This document shows positions 60,733 to 64,000 of a stretch of DNA of 64,000 nt, piece by piece; positions within the stretch are counted from its first letter, which is position 1; each line of letters begins with the position of its first letter. The stretch is taken from positions 868,001-932,000 of the forward strand of contig NW_003314332.1 in assembly GCF_000143415.4 (NCBI RefSeq), read 5' to 3'. Origin of the DNA: Selaginella moellendorffii (lineage: Eukaryota > Plantae > Lycopodiophyta). Under the pieces are notes generated by a model that made no database searches, had not been told where the DNA came from, and was given only the letters and a program-made list of their open reading frames with translations. The translations under genes and the position numbers were made by a program.

Positions 60733-61606
60733 ACGCCCTGATCATGGTGCCCCCGGGTCTTCTGCGGCTTCTCCTACAACCGCCCCGTCTCGCCAGAGTC
60801 GATGATTACGAGACCGGAGCCTGTTACCTGCAAGCTGCTGTTGCTGCTCAAACTCTGGGTCCTGTTGGGAGGATGATTATTTGGGTGTCATGTTATGTCA
60901 GTCTGAACAGTGTTTCTGCTCTTGATCTTGCTGACCAGCAGCTCAGTTTGTAAAATGATAGTGACCATTTGTTGAAAGTATAATATCCACCAATGATTCT
61001 TTAGTGCTGATTTCACCTTTGAGGAGGTAGTTTTCAAGCAAAAAGAGGTTTGATTTTAATCCCCACCTAGCATATCAAGTTATCAACTATAGCAAATGCT
61101 TAATATTTTAAATTTGTTTATCTACTTAGAATATTTAATATTATACAAATGGAAAAAAAAAAGATTAAAAAAATAAAAATAAAAATTACAAAGTCATATA
61201 TATTTTAAACAGCTCAGATCCCGTGGCTCAGCTACAGGAGCACGCATGGCGCACCTGTTTCAGTCAGGTATGAGGTTCTCTAGCTGTTGGCAATAGCTTG
61301 GTCGCCTGATATCACTATACATTTTACAAGTGATTCAACACAGGAGTCATGCCGGAAACAAAAGGTATTGTTGGCTGGCCATGCTCGAACATTCCTCGGT
61401 CCTTTGCAGCAAATGCCGCGAAAGGGCATTTGCTGGAATGCTATATTTTGGGTGGTAGAATATTGGTAGTATATTCTTTAATTTTGGTTCCTAGATTCGC
61501 TTAGGGTTTTTGGAGCTCGGCGTCGATGATCATGGAGGCCGTCTGCATGCCTTCCAGGAGGCTTGTCCATTGAGACCATAAGCAGCCACCGTTGCACTCC
61601 AGGAGC

Positions 61607-62010
61607 TTAGTTCAAGCAGTTGAATAGCTCCTTGGCAACGCTCACAATTCCGCATTCCCCATACATGTTGATCAAAGCTGTTGCAACTCCTGCTCCTCCA
61701 CATTCCCTGACATTGCTGTGAATCAGTTCACTAGTTTGAACTGATTCACATTCTTTCAAACTGGTAGCTCGCTTCACCCCTGTTTCCCTCAAGCTATCCA
61801 GAAACGCCTTTCTCTACGTTTATGTGGTAATGACTTCTGGAATGCCCTTCTCTTGCAATCGCTCAGCAAAAACTCTGCCCCGCAACCGTGTCCGAGATCT
61901 TTCCTCACCTCTTTCTCCTTTGTGCATTCCGCCAGGGAGACCGATTTGACGCAGAAGCCGTCTAGGAAGGGGCGCCTGGCGTCGGCGATAGCGGCCAAGG
62001 TGAGAGCCAC
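61607..62010 (-). pseudogene. PPR N-terminal fragment
   Basis: VATALINMYGECG; SLAECTKEK. Confidence 0.6.
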
Positions 62011-62299
62011 AAAGCTGCCTCCGTCTTGGGTCGCTCACCAAGTATATGCGATGAAGAACAGGTTTGTCACCACAAAAACCAGGAACCAAAACTGAAGAAT
62101 ATACTACCACCCTATAAACATACGGATAAAAGTAACGTATATTCTACCACCAAAAATATAGCATTCACTTTCGCGGCATTTGCTGCAAAGGACCAGTCTG
62201 TTTAAAAAACTTCCTGAATTACAGCATTCCTTCATGATCATTCTTCAGCAGCTCCACTGAAAACGCAACCGAGCCAGCCAAGTGTCTCCAGTTATGGCT

Positions 62300-62695
62300 T
62301 CAGAGCATCTCAATGAGAGCAGCCTGTTCCCCAGCTGCTCCGAATTCGAATCCTCCACTGGGGCAGAAGGTTATGGTGTATCCCCCACCGGTACCGCAGG
62401 TGAAGGTACTAGTCTCATCGTCGTAAGCGTAACTGTAAGCCTGTGGACAAGCATGCTTGAACACCTTGGAGAAAGGCGTCGGCGGGCAAGTCTCGGGCTT
62501 GTCGTGCGCTCCCCTGCAGCAGTAAGCATCCGTTTGGAAAACCTCGCAAGCGCTCTTGCAGCCGATCACCCAGTTATCCTTCCAGACTTTCAGTTCGTTC
62601 GGGCACATAGCGTTCAGGTCGCTGTGACAGCCAGCGGACTTGCAGTTCCACTCCGGGTTGATTCTGAATGGCAAGTTGTAGCCGTACTCGGCCAA
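62300..62695 (-). pseudogene. Thaumatin-like (PR-5) protein, C-terminal half
   Basis: YNLP, GCKSAC, YCCRG, FKHACPQAYSYAYDD, YTITFCP; no N-terminal half seen. Confidence 0.85.
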
Positions 62696-63525
62696 GGTGG
62701 CGGGAGGGACAGCATCCGAGTTCTGAAGCCTGCCCCAAAGAATTTATACTAGCAGAAGAGCCGTAGCGAACTTGTCCACTACTCTGCGATGTCGATCAAC
62801 TACTGGTCCTTCGAAAGTCTTCAATGTGATATACGTCAAGTGGCTTCAGCCCTCCAGCAACTTTACAAGGACGTCCTGATATAAAAATGTTTTGTGACTC
62901 ACTGTACTCCTCGTCATTCAGGAGGGCTCGCTAGTTTCTCCACAGAAAGACCTTTCCACCAGCTCTCCTGTCAGCCAGAGTTAACTTGCCAAGAGCAGGT
63001 GTTGTCCTTCAAACAGTTTTGCGACTCACTGTACTCGTCGTCCAGGTGAAACAGTTTCACCTTGCTTGACCCGACTTTCATTGGTTGCAGTCTCGGATGG
63101 CCTTCCAGAACTATAAATGAAACCGGCTATATCCAACTCCAAAAGGTTTCCATGAGCAAAAACTTACCTGCAGCTGGGTCCACAACGTTCGTCGTTTATA
63201 TCATTGTCCTCACTATCGCATCCTTCTCGGATTTCCAACAGTGAATGCACATGATCTGTAGTCCCACTGCGGACTAAAGCAACGACCTTTATTACTCAGA
63301 GAGAGTCAAGTAACTTACGCTGCTGTGCTGGCTACTTGCTGGTGAAAAGTCCAATCGGGATAAGGAAGAAGACAGTTTGTTTGTAGCCCCAAGCTCTTCA
63401 ATGGCAGCCTGCAAGCAAGAATGGGATCTCCTCTCAAGTAGTCAAACACGAAAAAATTACCTCTTCAGTGGGAAGCACGACGCCCATCAAGCATGATCTT
63501 CAGTTGTAGTTCCTCACCCATGCAT

Positions 63526-64000
63526 TCACGAACTCTTTGCTCTTTCTTTCTCGAGCCGAAGAACATGCTCTGCAGCGCGTGACTCACGAACTGGATCGGC
63601 ATGATTCTTACACGCTGCCAGCAGAATCTTCCAAGCCGATAAATCCGCTTCAAACGGCATGCTATGAATCAGCTCCTCAATGTGTTCCAGCTTGCCGGCC
63701 CGACCAAGGAGGTCCATCATGCATAGATAGTGATCCAGAGTCTGTTCCATGTGGAAATCTGCCTGCATCCCCACGAAGTGCTGCCAGCCTTGCCGGTACA
63801 ATCCTCCATGGCTGCAAGCAACCAACACAGCAATGAACGTAACGTCCACAGGCTCAACCCCCTCCATCACCATCCAGCTGAAAAATTCAACAGCTTTCTC
63901 AGCTAGCCCGTTTTGAGCGTGTCCCAAAACAATACTCGTCCAGGCTACCGCATCCCGTTCCTCCAATCTGTTAAACACACTTCTAGCATCTTCCAGCTTT
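63526..64000 (-). CDS. PLS-class PPR protein C-terminus with E domain (5' end outside window)
   Basis: ACSHGG, DLLGRAG, SMPFEADLSAWKILLAACKNH; duplicate of about 59515-60051. Confidence 0.85.
   Translation of the reverse strand, partial: KLEDARSVFNRLEERDAVAWTSIVLGHAQNGLAEKAVEFFSWMVMEGVEPVDVTFIAVLVACSHGGLYRQGWQHFVGMQADFHMEQTLDHYLCMMDLLGRAGKLEHIEELIHSMPFEADLSAWKILLAACKNHADPVRESRAAEHVLRLEKERAKSS

Overview
Eukaryotic plant DNA, probably a lycophyte such as Selaginella (inferred from ~50-nt introns, the PPR style and 5S linked to 45S rDNA). The window is a decayed 45S rDNA unit colonised by mobile elements. (1) 1001-46585: a head-to-tail array of at least nine L1/Tx1-type (APE-RT) non-LTR retrotransposons, all antisense to the rRNA. 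They comprise two autonomous families (A, B) and one non-coding 1.65-kb passenger (C). Every junction carries the 15-bp 25S rRNA sequence CTAGTCCGACTTTGT, and the 25S gene resumes exactly at the last copy (46586), indicating sequence-specific 25S-targeting retrotransposons. (2) Nested in the array is a 13.5-kb DNA transposon with 22-bp TIRs (3179-16688; the right end of a second copy occupies 1-1000). It carries a Sola1-like transposase, a ParB-like/MTase-like cargo gene, an FCP1-like HAD domain, about 25 dispersed copies of a 22-bp palindrome and a ~40-nt piece of 25S rRNA. (3) Downstream lie the 25S 3' part, IGS subrepeats, a linked 5S gene, and a 7.3-kb non-coding LTR element whose LTRs contain a copy of the putative rDNA Pol I promoter. 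These are followed by that promoter, ETS-like sequence, an 18S fragment ending in telomere repeats, and PPR and thaumatin gene fragments. Most ORFs are broken by CGA>TGA, CAG>TAG or TGG>stop changes.
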